This document shows, piece after piece, positions 30,001-42,799 of a stretch of DNA of 64,000 bases. This stretch comes from Eledone cirrhosa (Eukaryota): positions 78,802,001 to 78,866,000 of the forward strand of contig OZ024744.1 in assembly GCA_964016885.1 (NCBI GenBank), written 5' to 3'. The notes below the pieces were generated by a model. That model was given only the letters and a program-made list of their open reading frames with translations. It was not told where the DNA came from and searched no databases. The position numbers and the translations under genes were made by a program. Positions within the stretch are counted from its first letter, which is position 1; each line of letters begins with the position of its first letter.

Positions 30001-33000
30001 TGTTATGGTTGTTACTACTGTTGTGGTTGTTACTGCTGTTGTGGTTGTTACTACTGTCATGGATGTTACTGCTGTCATGGTTATTACTGCTGTTGTGGTT
30101 GTTACTGCTGTCATGGTTGTTACTACTGTTGTGGTTGTTACTGCTGTTGTGGTTGTTACTGCTGTCATGGTTGTTACTGCTGTCATGGTTGTTACTGCTG
30201 TTGTGGTTGTTACTGCTGTTGTGGTTGTTACTGCTGTTGTGGTTGTTACTGCTGTTGTGGTTGTTACTGCTGTTGTGGTTGTTACTGCTGTCATGGTTGT
30301 TACTACTGTCATGGTTGTTACTGCTGTCATGGTTGTTACTGCTGTTGTGGTTGTTACTGCTGTCATGGTTGTTACTACTGTTGTGGTTGTTACTGCTGTT
30401 GTGGTTGTTACTGCTGTTGTGGTTGTTACTACTGTCATGGTTGTTACTGCTGTCATGGTTGTTACTACTGTTGTGGTTGTTACTGCTGTCATGGTTGTTA
30501 CTGCTGTTGTGGTTGTTACTGCTGTCATGGTTGTTACTGCTGTTGTGGTTGTTACTGCTGTCATGGTTGTTACTACTGTCATGGTTGTTACTACTGTCAT
30601 GGTTGTTACTGCTGTCATGGTTGTTACTGCTGTTGTGGTTGTTACTGCTGTCATGGTTGTTACTACTGTCATGGTTGTTACTACTGTAATGGTTGTTACT
30701 GCTGTTGTGGTTGTTACTGCTGTTGTGGTTGTTACTACTGTTGTGGTTGTTACTACTGTCATGGTTGTTACTGCTGTTGTGGTTGTTACTACTGTCATGG
30801 TTGTTACTGCTGTCATGGTTTTTACTACTGTTGTGGTTGTTACTGCTGTCATGGTTGTTACTGCTGTCATGGTTGTAACTGCTGTCATGGTTGTTACTGC
30901 TGTTGTGGTTGTTACTGCTGTTGTGGTTGTTACTGCTGTTGTGGTTGTTACTGCTGTCATGGTTGTTACTGCTGTCATAGTTGTTACTACTGTTGTGGTT
31001 GTTACTGCTGTTGTGGTTGTTACTGCTGTTGTGGATGTTACTGCTGTTGTGGTTGTTACTACTGTTGTGGTTCTTACTGCTGTCATGGTTGTTACTGCTG
31101 TTGTGGTTGTTACTACTGTTGTGGTTGTTACTGCTGTCATGATTGTTACTGCTGTTGTGGTTGTTACTACTGTTGTGGTTGTTACTACTGTCATGATTGT
31201 TACTGCTGTTGTGGTTGTTACTGCTGTCATGGTTGTTACTGCTGTTGTGGTTGTTACTACTGTTGTGGTTTTTACTGCTGTCATGGTTGTTACTGCTGTT
31301 GTGGTTGTTACTACTGTTGTGGTTGTTACTACTGTCATGGTTGTTACTGCTGTTGTGGTTGTTACTACTGTTGTGGTTGTTACTACTGTCATGGTTGTTA
31401 CTGCTGTTGTGGTTGTTACTACTGTTGTGGTTGTTACTGCTGTTGTAGTTGTTACTGCTGTCATGGTTATTACTGGTGTTGTGGTTGTTACTGCTGTCAT
31501 GGTTGTTACTGCTGTCATGGTTGTTACTGCTGTCATGGTTGTTACTACTGTTGTGGTTGTTACTGCTGTTGTGGTTGTTACTGCTGTCATGGTTGTTACT
31601 ACTGTTGTGGTTGTTACTGCTGTTGTGGTTGTTACTGCTGTCATGGTTGTTACTGCTGTCATGGTTGTTACTGCTGTTGTGGTTGTTACTGCTGTCATGG
31701 TTGTTACTGCTGTTGTGTTTGTTACTGCTGTTGTGGTTGTTACTACTGTCATGGATGTTACTGCTGTCATGGTTATTACTGCTGTTGTGGTTGTTACTGC
31801 TGTCATGGTTGTTACTACTGTTGTGGTTGTTACTGCTGTTGTGGTTGTTACTGCTGTCATGGTTGTTACTGCTGTCATGGTTGTTACTGCTGTTGTGGTT
31901 GTTACTGCTGTTGTGGTTGTTACTGCTGTTGTGGTTGTTACTGCTGTTGTGGTTGTTACTTCTGTCATGGTTGTTACTGCTGTTGTGGTTGTTACTGGTG
32001 TTGTGGTTGTTACTGCTGTTGTGGTTGTTACTGCTGTCATGGTTGTTACTGCTGTTGTGGTTGTTACTGCTGTCATGGTTGTTACTACTGTCATGGTTGT
32101 TACTGCTGTCATGGTTGTTACTGCTGTTGTGGTTGTTACTGCTGTTGTGGTTATTACTGCTGTCATGGTTGTTACTGCTGTTGTGGTTGTTACTGCTGTT
32201 GTGGTTGTTACTGCTGTCATGGTTGTTACTGCTGTTGTGGTTGTTACTGCTGTTGTGGTTGTTACTAGTGTTGTGGTTGTTACTGCTGTCATGGTTGTTA
32301 CTACTGTCATGGTTGTTACTGCTGTTGTGGTTGTTACTGCTGTTGTGGTTGTTACTGCTGTCATGGTTGTTACTGCTGTTGTGGTTGTTACTACTGTTGT
32401 GGTTGTTACTACTGTTGTGGTTGTTACTACTGTTGTGGTTGTTACTACTGTTGTGGTTGTTACTACTGTTGTGGTTGTTACTACTGTTGTGGTTGTTACT
32501 GCTGTTGTGGTTGTTACTGCTGTCATGGTTGTTACTACTGTTGTGGTTGTTACTACTGTTATGGTTGTTACTACTGTTGTGGTTGTTACTGCTGTTGTGG
32601 TTGTTACTGCTGTCATGGTTGTTACTACTGTTGTGGTTGTTACTGCTGTTGTGGTTGTTACTGCTGTTGTGGTTGTTACTGCTGTCATGGTTGTTACTGC
32701 TATCATGGTTGTTACTGCTGTTGTGGTTGTTACTGCTGTTGTGGTTGTTCCTGCTGTCATGGTTGTTACTGCTGTCATGGTTGTTACTGCTGTTGTGGTT
32801 GTTACTACTGTTGTGGTTGTTACTGCTGTCATGGTTGTTACTGCTGTCATGGTTGTTACTGCTGTTGTGGTTGTTACTGCTGTTGTGGTTGTTACTGCTG
32901 TCATGGTTGTTACTACTGTTGTGGTTGTTACTGCTGTTGTGGTTGTTACTGCTGTCATGGTTGTTACTGCTGTTGTGGTTGTTACTACTGTTGTGGTTGT

Positions 33001-36000
33001 TACTGCTGTCATGGTTGTTACTACTGTCATGGTTGTTACTGCTGTCATGGTTGTTACTACTGTTGTGGTTGTTACTGCTGTCATGGTTGTTACTACTGTT
33101 GTGGTTGTTACTGCTGTTGTGGTTGTTACTGCTGTTGTGGTTGTTACTACTGTTGTGGTTGTTACTGCTGTCATGGTTGTTACTGCTGTTGTGGTTGTTA
33201 CTGCTGTTGTGGTTGTTACTACTGTCATGGTTGTTACTACTGTTGTGGTTGTTACTGCTGTTGTGGTTGTTACTGCTGTCATGGTTGTTACTGCTGTTGT
33301 GGTTGTTACTGCTGTTGTGGTTGTTACTGCTGTCATGGTTGTTACTGCTGTTGTGTTTGTTACTGCTGTTGTGGTTGTTACTACTGTTGTGGTTGTTACT
33401 ACTGTTGTGGTTGTTACTGCTGTCATGGTTGTTACTGCTGTTGTGGTTGTTACTACTGTCATGGTTGTTACTACTGTTGTGGTTGTTACTGCTGTCATGG
33501 TTGTTACTGCTGTCATGGTTGTTACTACTGTTGTGGTTGTTACTGCTGTCATGGTTGTTACTACTGTTGTGGTTGTTACTGCTGTTGTGGTTGTTACTGC
33601 TGTTGTGGTTGTTACTGCTGTTGTGGTTGTTACTACTGTTTTGGTTGTTACTGCTGTCATGGTTGTTACTGCTGTCATGGTTGTTACTGCTGTCATGGTT
33701 GTTACTGCTGTTGTGGTTGTTACTGCTGTTGTGGTTGTTACTACTGTCATGGTTGTTACTACTGTTGTGGTTGTTACTGCTGTTGTGGTTGTTACTGCTG
33801 TCATGGTTGTTACTGCTGTTGTGGTTGTTACTGCTGTTGTGGTTGTTACTGCTGTTGTGGTTGTTACTGCTGTCATGGTTGTTACTGCTGTCATGGTTGT
33901 TACTACTGTCATGGTTGTTACTGCTGTTGTGGTTGTTACTGTTGTCATGGTTGTTACTGCTGTTGTGGTTGTTACTGTTGTCATGGTTGTTACTACTGTT
34001 GTGGTTGTTACTGCTGTTGTGGTTGTTACTGCTGTCATGGTTGTTACTGCTGTTGTGGTTGTTACTGCTGTTGTGGTTGTTACTGCTGTTGTGGTTGTTA
34101 CTGCTGTCATGGTTGTTACTGCTGTTGTGGTTGTTACTGCTGTCATGGTTGTTACTGCTGTCATGGTTGTTACTGCTGTTGTGGTTGTTACTGCTGTTGT
34201 GGTTGTTACTACTGTCATGGTTGTTACTACTGTTGTGGTTGTTACTGCTGTTGTGGTTGTTACTGCTGTCATGGTTGTTACTGCTGTTGTGGTTGTTACT
34301 GCTGTTGTGGTTGTTACTACTGTCATGGTTGTTACTACTGTTGTGGTTGTTACTGCTGTTGTGGTTGTTACTGCTGTCATGGTTGTTACTGCTGTTGTGG
34401 TTGTTACTGCTGTTGTGGTTGTTACTGCTGTTGTGGTTGTTACTGCTGTCATGGTTGTTACTGCTGTTGTGGTTGTTACTACTATTGTGGTTGTTACTGC
34501 TGTTGTGGTTGTTACTGTTGTCATGGTTGTTACTGCTGTCATGGTTGTTACTACTGTCATGGTTGTTACTGCTGTTGTGGTTGTTACTGTTGTCATGGTT
34601 GTTTCTGCTGTTGTGGTTGTTACTGCTGTCATGGTTGTTACTGCTGTTGTGGTTGTTACTACTATTGTGGTTGTTACTGCTGTTGTGGTTGTTACTGCTG
34701 TTGTGGTTGTTACTGCTGTTGTGGTTGTTACTACTGTTGTGGTTGTTACTACTGTTGTGGTTGTTACTGCTGTTGTGGTTGTTACTGCTGTCATGGTTGT
34801 TACTACTGTTGTGGTTGTTACTGCTGTTGTGGTTGTTACTGCTGTCATGGTTGTTACTGCTGTCATGGTTGTTACTGCTGTCATGGTTGTTACTGCTGTG
34901 GTGGTTGTTACTACTGTTGTGGTTGTTACTGCTGTTGTGGTTGTTACTGCTGTCATGGTTGTTACTGCTGTTGTGGTTGTTACTACTGTTGTGGTTGTTA
35001 CTGCTGTCATGGTTGTTACTACTGTCATGGTTGTTACTGCTGTCATGGTTGTTACTACTGTTGTGGTTGTTACTGCTGTCATGGTTGTTACTACTGTTGT
35101 GGTTGTTACTGCTGTTGTGGTTGTTACTGCTGTTGTGGTTGTTACTACTGTTGTGGTTGTTACTGCTGTCATGGTTGTTACTGCTGTTGTGGTTGTTACT
35201 GCTGTTGTGGTTGTTACTACTGTCATGGTTGTTACTACTGTTGTGGTTGTTACTGCTGTTGTGGTTGTTACTGCTGTCATGGTTGTTACTGCTGTTGTGG
35301 TTGTTACTGCTGTTGTGGTTGTTACTGCTGTCATGGTTGTTACTGCTGTTGTGTTTGTTACTGCTGTTGTGGTTGTTACTACTGTTGTGGTTGTTACTAC
35401 TGTTGTGGTTGTTACTGCTGTCATGGTTGTTACTGCTGTTGTGGTTGTTACTACTGTCATGGTTGTTACTACTGTTGTGGTTGTTACTGCTGTCATGGTT
35501 GTTACTGCTGTCATGGTTGTTACTACTGTTGTGGTTGTTACTGCTGTCATGGTTGTTACTACTGTTGTGGTTGTTACTGCTGTTGTGGTTGTTACTGCTG
35601 TTGTGGTTGTTACTGCTGTTGTGGTTGTTACTACTGTTTTGGTTGTTACTGCTGTCATGGTTGTTACTGCTGTCATGGTTGTTACTGCTGTCATGGTTGT
35701 TACTGCTGTTGTGGTTGTTACTGCTGTTGTGGTTGTTACTACTGTCATGGTTGTTACTACTGTTGTGGTTGTTACTGCTGTTGTGGTTGTTACTGCTGTC
35801 ATGGTTGTTACTGCTGTTGTGGTTGTTACTGCTGTTGTGGTTGTTACTGCTGTTGTGGTTGTTACTGCTGTCATGGTTGTTACTGCTGTCATGGTTGTTA
35901 CTACTGTCATGGTTGTTACTGCTGTTGTGGTTGTTACTGTTGTCATGGTTGTTACTGCTGTTGTGGTTGTTACTGTTGTCATGGTTGTTACTACTGTTGT

Positions 36001-39000
36001 GGTTGTTACTGCTGTTGTGGTTGTTACTGCTGTCATGGTTGTTACTGCTGTTGTGGTTGTTACTGCTGTTGTGGTTGTTACTGCTGTTGTGGTTGTTACT
36101 GCTGTCATGGTTGTTACTGCTGTTGTGGTTGTTACTCCTGTCATGGTTGTTACTGCTGTCATGGTTGTTACTGCTGTTGTGGTTGTTACTGCTGTTGTGG
36201 TTGTTACTACTGTCATGGTTGTTACTACTGTTGTGGTTGTTACTGCTGTTGTGGTTGTTACTGCTGTCATGGTTGTTACTGCTGTTGTGGTTGTTACTGC
36301 TGTTGTGGTTGTTACTACTGTCATGGTTGTTACTACTGTTGTGGTTGTTACTGCTGTTGTGGTTGTTACTGCTGTCATGGTTGTTACTGCTGTTGTGGTT
36401 GTTACTGCTGTTGTGGTTGTTACTGCTGTTGTGGTTGTTACTGCTGTCATGGTTGTTACTGCTGTTGTGGTTGTTACTACTATTGTGGTTGTTACTGCTG
36501 TTGTGGTTGTTACTGTTGTCATGGTTGTTACTGCTGTCATGGTTGTTACTACTGTCATGGTTGTTACTGCTGTTGTGGTTGTTACTGTTGTCATGGTTGT
36601 TTCTGCTGTTGTGGTTGTTACTGCTGTCATGGTTGTTACTGCTGTTGTGGTTGTTACTACTATTGTGGTTGTTACTGCTGTTGTGGTTGTTACTGCTGTT
36701 GTGGTTGTTACTGCTGTTGTGGTTGTTACTACTGTTGTGGTTGTTACTACTGTTGTGGTTGTTACTGCTGTTGTGGTTGTTACTGCTGTCATGGTTGTTA
36801 CTACTGTTGTGGTTGTTACTGCTGTTGTGGTTGTTACTGCTGTCATGGTTGTTACTGCTGTCATGGTTGTTACTGCTGTCATGGTTGTTACTGCTGTGGT
36901 GGTTGTTACTACTGTTGTGGTTGTTACTGCTGTTGTGGTTGTTACTACTGTCATGGTTGTTACTGCTGTTGTGGTTGTTACTGCTGTTGTGGTTGTTACT
37001 GCTCACATGGTTGTTACTGCTGTTGTGGTTGTTACTGCTGTCATGGTTGTTACTACTGTCATGGTTGTTACTGCTGTCATGGTTGTTACTGCTGTTGTGG
37101 TTGTTACTACTGTCATGGTTGTTACTGCTGTTGTGGTTGTTACTGCTGTTGTGGTTGTTACTGCTATTGTGGTTGTTACTGCTGTCATGGTTGTTACTGC
37201 TGTCATGGTTGTTACTACTGTTGTGGTTGTTACTACTGTTGTGGTTGTTTCTGCTGTCATGGTTGTTACTACTGTTGTGGTTGTTACTGTTGTTGTGGTT
37301 GTTACTGCTGTTGTGGTTGTTACTGCTGTCATGGTTGTTACTGCTGTTGTGGTTGTTACTGCTGTTGTGGTTGTTACTGCTGTTGTGGTTGTTACTGCTG
37401 TTGTGGTTGTTACTGCTGTTGTGGTTGTTACTGCTGTCATGGTTGTTACTGCTGTCATGGTTGTTACTACTGTTGTGGTTGTTACTACTGTTGTGGTTGT
37501 TACTGCTGTCATGGTTGTTACTGCTGTTGTGGTTGTTACTGCTGTCATGGTTGTTACTACTGTTGTGGTTGTTACTGCTGTCATGGTTGTTACTACTGTT
37601 GTGGTTGTTACTGCTGTTGTGGTTGTTACTACTGTCATGGTTGTTACTACTGTTGTGGTTGTTACTACTGTTGTGGTTGTTACTACTGTCATGGTTGTTA
37701 CTGCTGTTGTGGTTGTTACTGCTGTTGTGGTTGTTACTGCTGTTGTGGTTGTTACTGCTGTTGTGGTTGTTACTGCTGTCATGGTTGTTACTACTGTTGT
37801 GGTTGTTACTACTGTTGTGGTTGTTACTACTGTTGTGGTTGTTACCTCTGTCATGGTTGTTACTGCTGTTGTGGTTGTTACTGCTGTTGTGGTTGTTACT
37901 GCTGTTGTGTTTGTTACTGCTGTTGTGGTTGTTACTGCTGTCATGGTTGTTACTGCTGTTGTGGTTGTTACTACTGTTGTGGTTGTTACTGCTGTCATGG
38001 TTGTTACTGCTGTCATGGTTGTTACTGCTGTTGTGGTTGTTACTGCTGTTGTGGTTGTTACTGCTGTCATGGTTGTTACTACTGTTGTGGTTGTTACTGC
38101 TGTTGTGGTTGTTACTGCTGTCATGGTTGTTACTGCTGTTGTGGTTGTTACTACTGTTGTGGTTGTTACTGCTGTCATGGTTGTTACTACTGTCATGGTT
38201 GTTACTGCTGTCATGGTTGTTACTACTGTTGTGGTTGTTACTGCTGTCATGGTTGTTACTACTGTTGTGGTTGTTACTGCTGTTGTGGTTGTTACTGCTG
38301 TTGTGGTTGTTACTACTGTTGTGGTTGTTACTGCTGTCATGGTTGTTACTGCTGTTGTGGTTGTTACTGCTGTTGTGGTTGTTACTACTGTCATGGTTGT
38401 TACTACTGTTGTGGTTGTTACTGCTGTTGTGGTTGTTACTGCTGTCATGGTTGTTACTGCTGTTGTGGTTGTTACTGCTGTTGTGGTTGTTACTGCTGTC
38501 ATGGTTGTTACTGCTGTTGTGTTTGTTACTGCTGTTGTGGTTGTTACTACTGTTGTGGTTGTTACTACTGTTGTGGTTGTTACTGCTGTCATGGTTGTTA
38601 CTGCTGTTGTGGTTGTTACTACTGTCATGGTTGTTACTACTGTTGTGGTTGTTACTGCTGTCATGGTTGTTACTGCTGTCATGGTTGTTACTACTGTTGT
38701 GGTTGTTACTGCTGTCATGGTTGTTACTACTGTTGTGGTTGTTACTGCTGTTGTGGTTGTTACTGCTGTTGTGGTTGTTACTACTGTTGTGGTTGTTATT
38801 ACTGTTTTGGTTGTTACTGCTGTCATGGTTGTTACTGCTGTCATGGTTGTTACTGCTGTCATGGTTGTTACTGCTGTCATGGTTGTTACTGCTGTTGTGG
38901 TTGTTACTGCTGTTGTGGTTGTTACTACTGTCATGGTTGTTACTACTGTTGTGGTTGTTACTGCTGTTGTGGTTGTTACTGCTGTCATGGTTGTTACTGC

Positions 39001-42000
39001 TGTTGTGGTTGTTACTGCTGTTGTGGTTGTTACTGCTGTTGTGGTTGTTACTGCTGTCATGGTTGTTACTGCTGTCATGGTTGTTACTACTGTCATGGTT
39101 GTTACTGCTGTTGTGGTTGTTACTGTTGTCATGGTTGTTACTGCTGTTGTGGTTGTTACTGTTGTCATGGTTGTTACTACTGTTGTGGTTGTTACTGCTG
39201 TTGTGGTTGTTACTGCTGTCATGGTTGTTACTGCTGTTGTGGTTGTTACTGCTGTTGTGGTTGTTACTGCTGTTGTGGTTGTTACTGCTGTCATGGTTGT
39301 TACTGCTGTTGTGGTTGTTACTACTATTGTGGTTGTTACTGCTGTTGTGGTTGTTACTGTTGTCATGGTTGTTACTGCTGTCATGGTTGTTACTACTGTC
39401 ATGGTTGTTACTGCTGTTGTGGTTGTTACTGTTGTCATGGTTGTTTCTGCTGTTGTGGTTGTTACTGCTGTCATGGTTGTTACTGCTGTTGTGGTTGTTA
39501 CTACTATTGTGGTTGTTACTGCTGTTGTGGTTGTTACTGCTGTTGTGGTTGTTACTGCTGTTGTGGTTGTTACTACTGTTGTGGTTGTTACTACTGTTGT
39601 GGTTGTTACTGCTGTTGTGGTTGTTACTGCTGTCATGGTTGTTACTACTGTTGTGGTTGTTACTGCTGTTGTGGTTGTTACTGCTGTTATGGTTGTTACT
39701 GCTGTCATGGTTGTTACTGCTGTCATGGTTGTTACTGCTGTGGTGGTTGTTACTACTGTTGTGGTTGTTACTGCTGTTGTGGTTGTTACTACTGTCATGG
39801 TTGTTACTGCTGTTGTGGTTGTTACTGCTGTTGTGGTTGTTACTGCTGTCATGGTTGTTACTGCTGTTGTGGTTGTTACTGCTGTCATGGTTGTTACTAC
39901 TGTCATGGTTGTTACTGCTGTCATGGTTGTTACTGCTGTTGTGGTTGTTACTACTGTCATGGTTGTTACTGCTGTTGTGGTTGTTACTGCTGTTGTGGTT
40001 GTTACTGCTATTGTGGTTGTTACTGCTGTCATGGTTGTTACTGCTGTCATGGTTGTTACTACTGTTGTGGTTGTTACTACTGTTGTGGTTGTTTCTGCTG
40101 TCATGGTTGTTACTACTGTTGTGGTTGTTACTGTTGTTGTGGTTGTTACTGCTGTTGTGGTTGTTACTGCTGTCATGGTTGTTACTGCTGTTGTGGTTGT
40201 TACTGCTGTTGTGGTTGTTACTGCTGTTGTGGTTGTTACTGCTGTTGTGGTTGTTACTGCTGTTGTGGTTGTTACTGCTGTCATGGTTGTTACTGCTGTC
40301 ATGGTTGTTACTACTGTTGTGGTTGTTACTACTGTTGTGGTTGTTACTGCTGTCATGGTTGTTACTGCTGTTGTGGTTGTTACTGCTGTCATGGTTGTTA
40401 CTACTGTTGTGGTTGTTACTGCTGTCATGGTTGTTACTACTGTTGTGGTTGTTACTGCTGTTGTGGTTGTTACTACTGTCATGGTTGTTACTACTGTTGT
40501 GGTTGTTACTACTGTTGTGGTTGTTACTACTGTCATGGTTGTTACTGCTGTTGTGGTTGTTACTGCTGTTGTGGTTGTTACTGCTGTTGTGGTTGTTACT
40601 GCTGTTGTGGTTGTTACTGCTGTCATGGTTGTTACTACTGTTGTGGTTGTTACTACTGTTGTGGTTGTTACTACTGTTGTGGTTGTTACTACTGTCATGG
40701 TTGTTACTGCTGTTGTGGTTGTTACTGCTGTTGTGGTTGTTACTGCTGTTGTGTTTGTTACTGCTGTTGTGGTTGTTACTGCTGTCATGGTTGTTACTGC
40801 TGTTGTGGTTGTTACTGCTCTCATGGTTGTTACTATTGTTGTGGTTGTTACTGCTGTTGTGGTTGTTACTACTGTTGTGGTTGTTACTGCTGTTGTGGTT
40901 GTTACTGCTGTCATGGTTGTTACTACTGTTGTGGTCGTTACTACTGTTGTGGTTGTTACTGCTGTTGTGGTTGTTACTGCTGTCATGGTTGTTACTACTG
41001 TTGTGGTTGTTACTGCTGTTGTGGTTGTTACTGCTGTCATGGTTGTTACTGCTGTTGTGGTTGTTACTGCTGTCATGGTTGTTACTACTGTTGTGGTTGT
41101 TACTGCTGTTGTGGTTGTTACTACTGTTGTGGTTGTTACTGCTGTTGTGGTTGTTACTGCTGTCATGGTTATTACTGCTGTTGTGGTTGTTACTGCTGTT
41201 GTGGTTGTTACTGCTGTCATGGTTGTTACTGCTGTTGTGGTTGTTACTGCTGTCATGGTTGTTACTACTGTTGTGGTTGTTACTGCTGTTGTGGTTGTTA
41301 CTACTGTTGTGGTTGTTACTGCTGTTGTGGTTGTTACTGCTGTTGTGGTTGTTACTGCTGTTGTGGTTGTTACTGCTGTCATGGTTGTTACTACTGTTGT
41401 GGTTGTTACTACTGTTGTGGTTGTTACTGCTGTTGTGGTTGTTACTGCTGTTGTGGTTGTTACTGCTGTTGTGGTTGTTACTGCTGTCATGGTTGTTACT
41501 ACTGTTGTGGTTGTTACTGCTGTTGTGGTTGTTACTGCTGTCATGGTTGTTACTACTGTTGTGGTTGTTACTACTGTTGTGGTTGTTACTGCTGTTGTGG
41601 TTGTTACTGCTGTTGTGGTTGTTACTGCTGTTGTGGTTGTTACTGCTGTCATGGTTGTTACTACTGTTGTGGTTGTTACTGCTGTTGTGGTTGTTACTGC
41701 TGTCATGGTTGTTACTACTGTTGTGGTTGTTACTGCTGTTGTGGTTGTTACTGCTGTTGTGGTTGTTACTGCTGTCATGGTTGTTACTGCTGTTGTGGTT
41801 GTTACTGCTGTTGTGGTTGTTACTGCTGTCATGGTTGTGACTGCTGTTGTGGTTGTTACTACTGTCATGGTTGTTACTACTGTTGTGGTGGTTACTGCTG
41901 TGGGGTTGTTACTGCTGTTGTGGTTGTTACTGCTGTTGTGGTTGTTACTGCTGTCATGGTTGTTACTACTGTTGTGGTTGTTACTGCTGTTGTGGTTGTT

Positions 42001-42170
42001 ACTGCTGTCATGGTTGTGACTGCTGTTGTGGTTGTTACTGCTGTCATGGTTATTACTGCTGTTGTGGTTGTTACTACTGTGGGGTTGTTACTGCTGTCAT
42101 GGTTATTACTGGTGTTGTGGTTGTTACTGCTGTCATTGTCGTTGTTGTCGTTGTTGCCATTATCATGATT
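1..42170. repeat. Giant 18-bp tandem array (satellite/minisatellite), ~2,340 units, truncated at window start
   Basis: Continuous units TGGTTGTTACT(G/A)CTGT(TG/CA) with four dominant variants and sparse point variants. 1-nt deletions at ~5721, ~41901 and ~42080. Decays into GTC/GTT triplets at 42135-42170. Confidence 0.98.
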
Positions 42171-42273
42171 GATTAATGTCCGGTTTCTAAGATTACAAAT
42201 CGTACACTCAGTCATCTTCACATTCATAGATGACAGATTTTGCAATATTTACATGTAGATTAAAAAATAGTAA

Positions 42274-42717
42274 ACCCTTTACCATTTACATTATTCTATA
42301 TATACTATTATATTTTCATGGTAAAGGCTTTACCTCACATAATTTTCTCCCATAATATCGAATCTATGAGATTTTGATACTATTTATTTTCAAAACAATA
42401 CCTTAACAACTGTATGAGCAGCCTGTTATGGCTGGTATAACCCTTTAGCATTTAAACCGGCTGTCTCCAGCCAGAAATGTTTTAGCTCTCTTTATTGAAA
42501 CTGGCCAACAGCTGCTCGTACTAAGATTAAAGTATTATTCTTAAAATAAATAAAATCAAAATCTTATAGATTCGATATTACATAAGGCAATTATGTGAGG
42601 TAAAGCATTTATCATGAAAATACAATAGTATATTTAGAGTAATGTAAATGCTAAAGCATTAAACAGAAAGAGGTGAGGGAATTCTGGTCAGATACAGCCA
42701 ATTTAAATACTAAAGGG
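42274..42717 (+). mobile_element. piggyBac-like MITE (outer copy, interrupted by a nested copy)
   Basis: Begins CCCTTTACCATTTA and ends TAAATACTAAAGGG|TTAA. Internal sequence matches the copies at 56521, 58147 and 59257. Confidence 0.8.
42441..42658 (-). mobile_element. piggyBac-like MITE (inner copy, inverted)
   Basis: ATAA|CCCTTTAGCATTTAAA...TAAATGCTAAAGCA|TTAA. Reverse complement of the family consensus, inserted between GCTGGT and ACAGAAAG of the outer copy. Confidence 0.8.
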
Positions 42718-42799
42718 TTAATCTATAGAAATGAGATTAATATTTCAATAATTCATAATCCTATTTATTAAATGTTTAAGGTCGGATGGCTTCTCTCCA

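Noticed and set aside
4-41840. Leu/Trp/Ser-rich and Cys-rich ORFs (WLLLL(L/S), GCYCC)
   Set aside because: Alternate frames of the 18-bp repeat, broken wherever a point variant creates a stop; no unique sequence.
1-42170. Telomeric repeat or CRISPR array
   Set aside because: No TTAGGG-type unit, and the G/T-rich strand points toward the flank, which is the wrong polarity for a left telomere. No unique spacers or cas genes; eukaryotic context.
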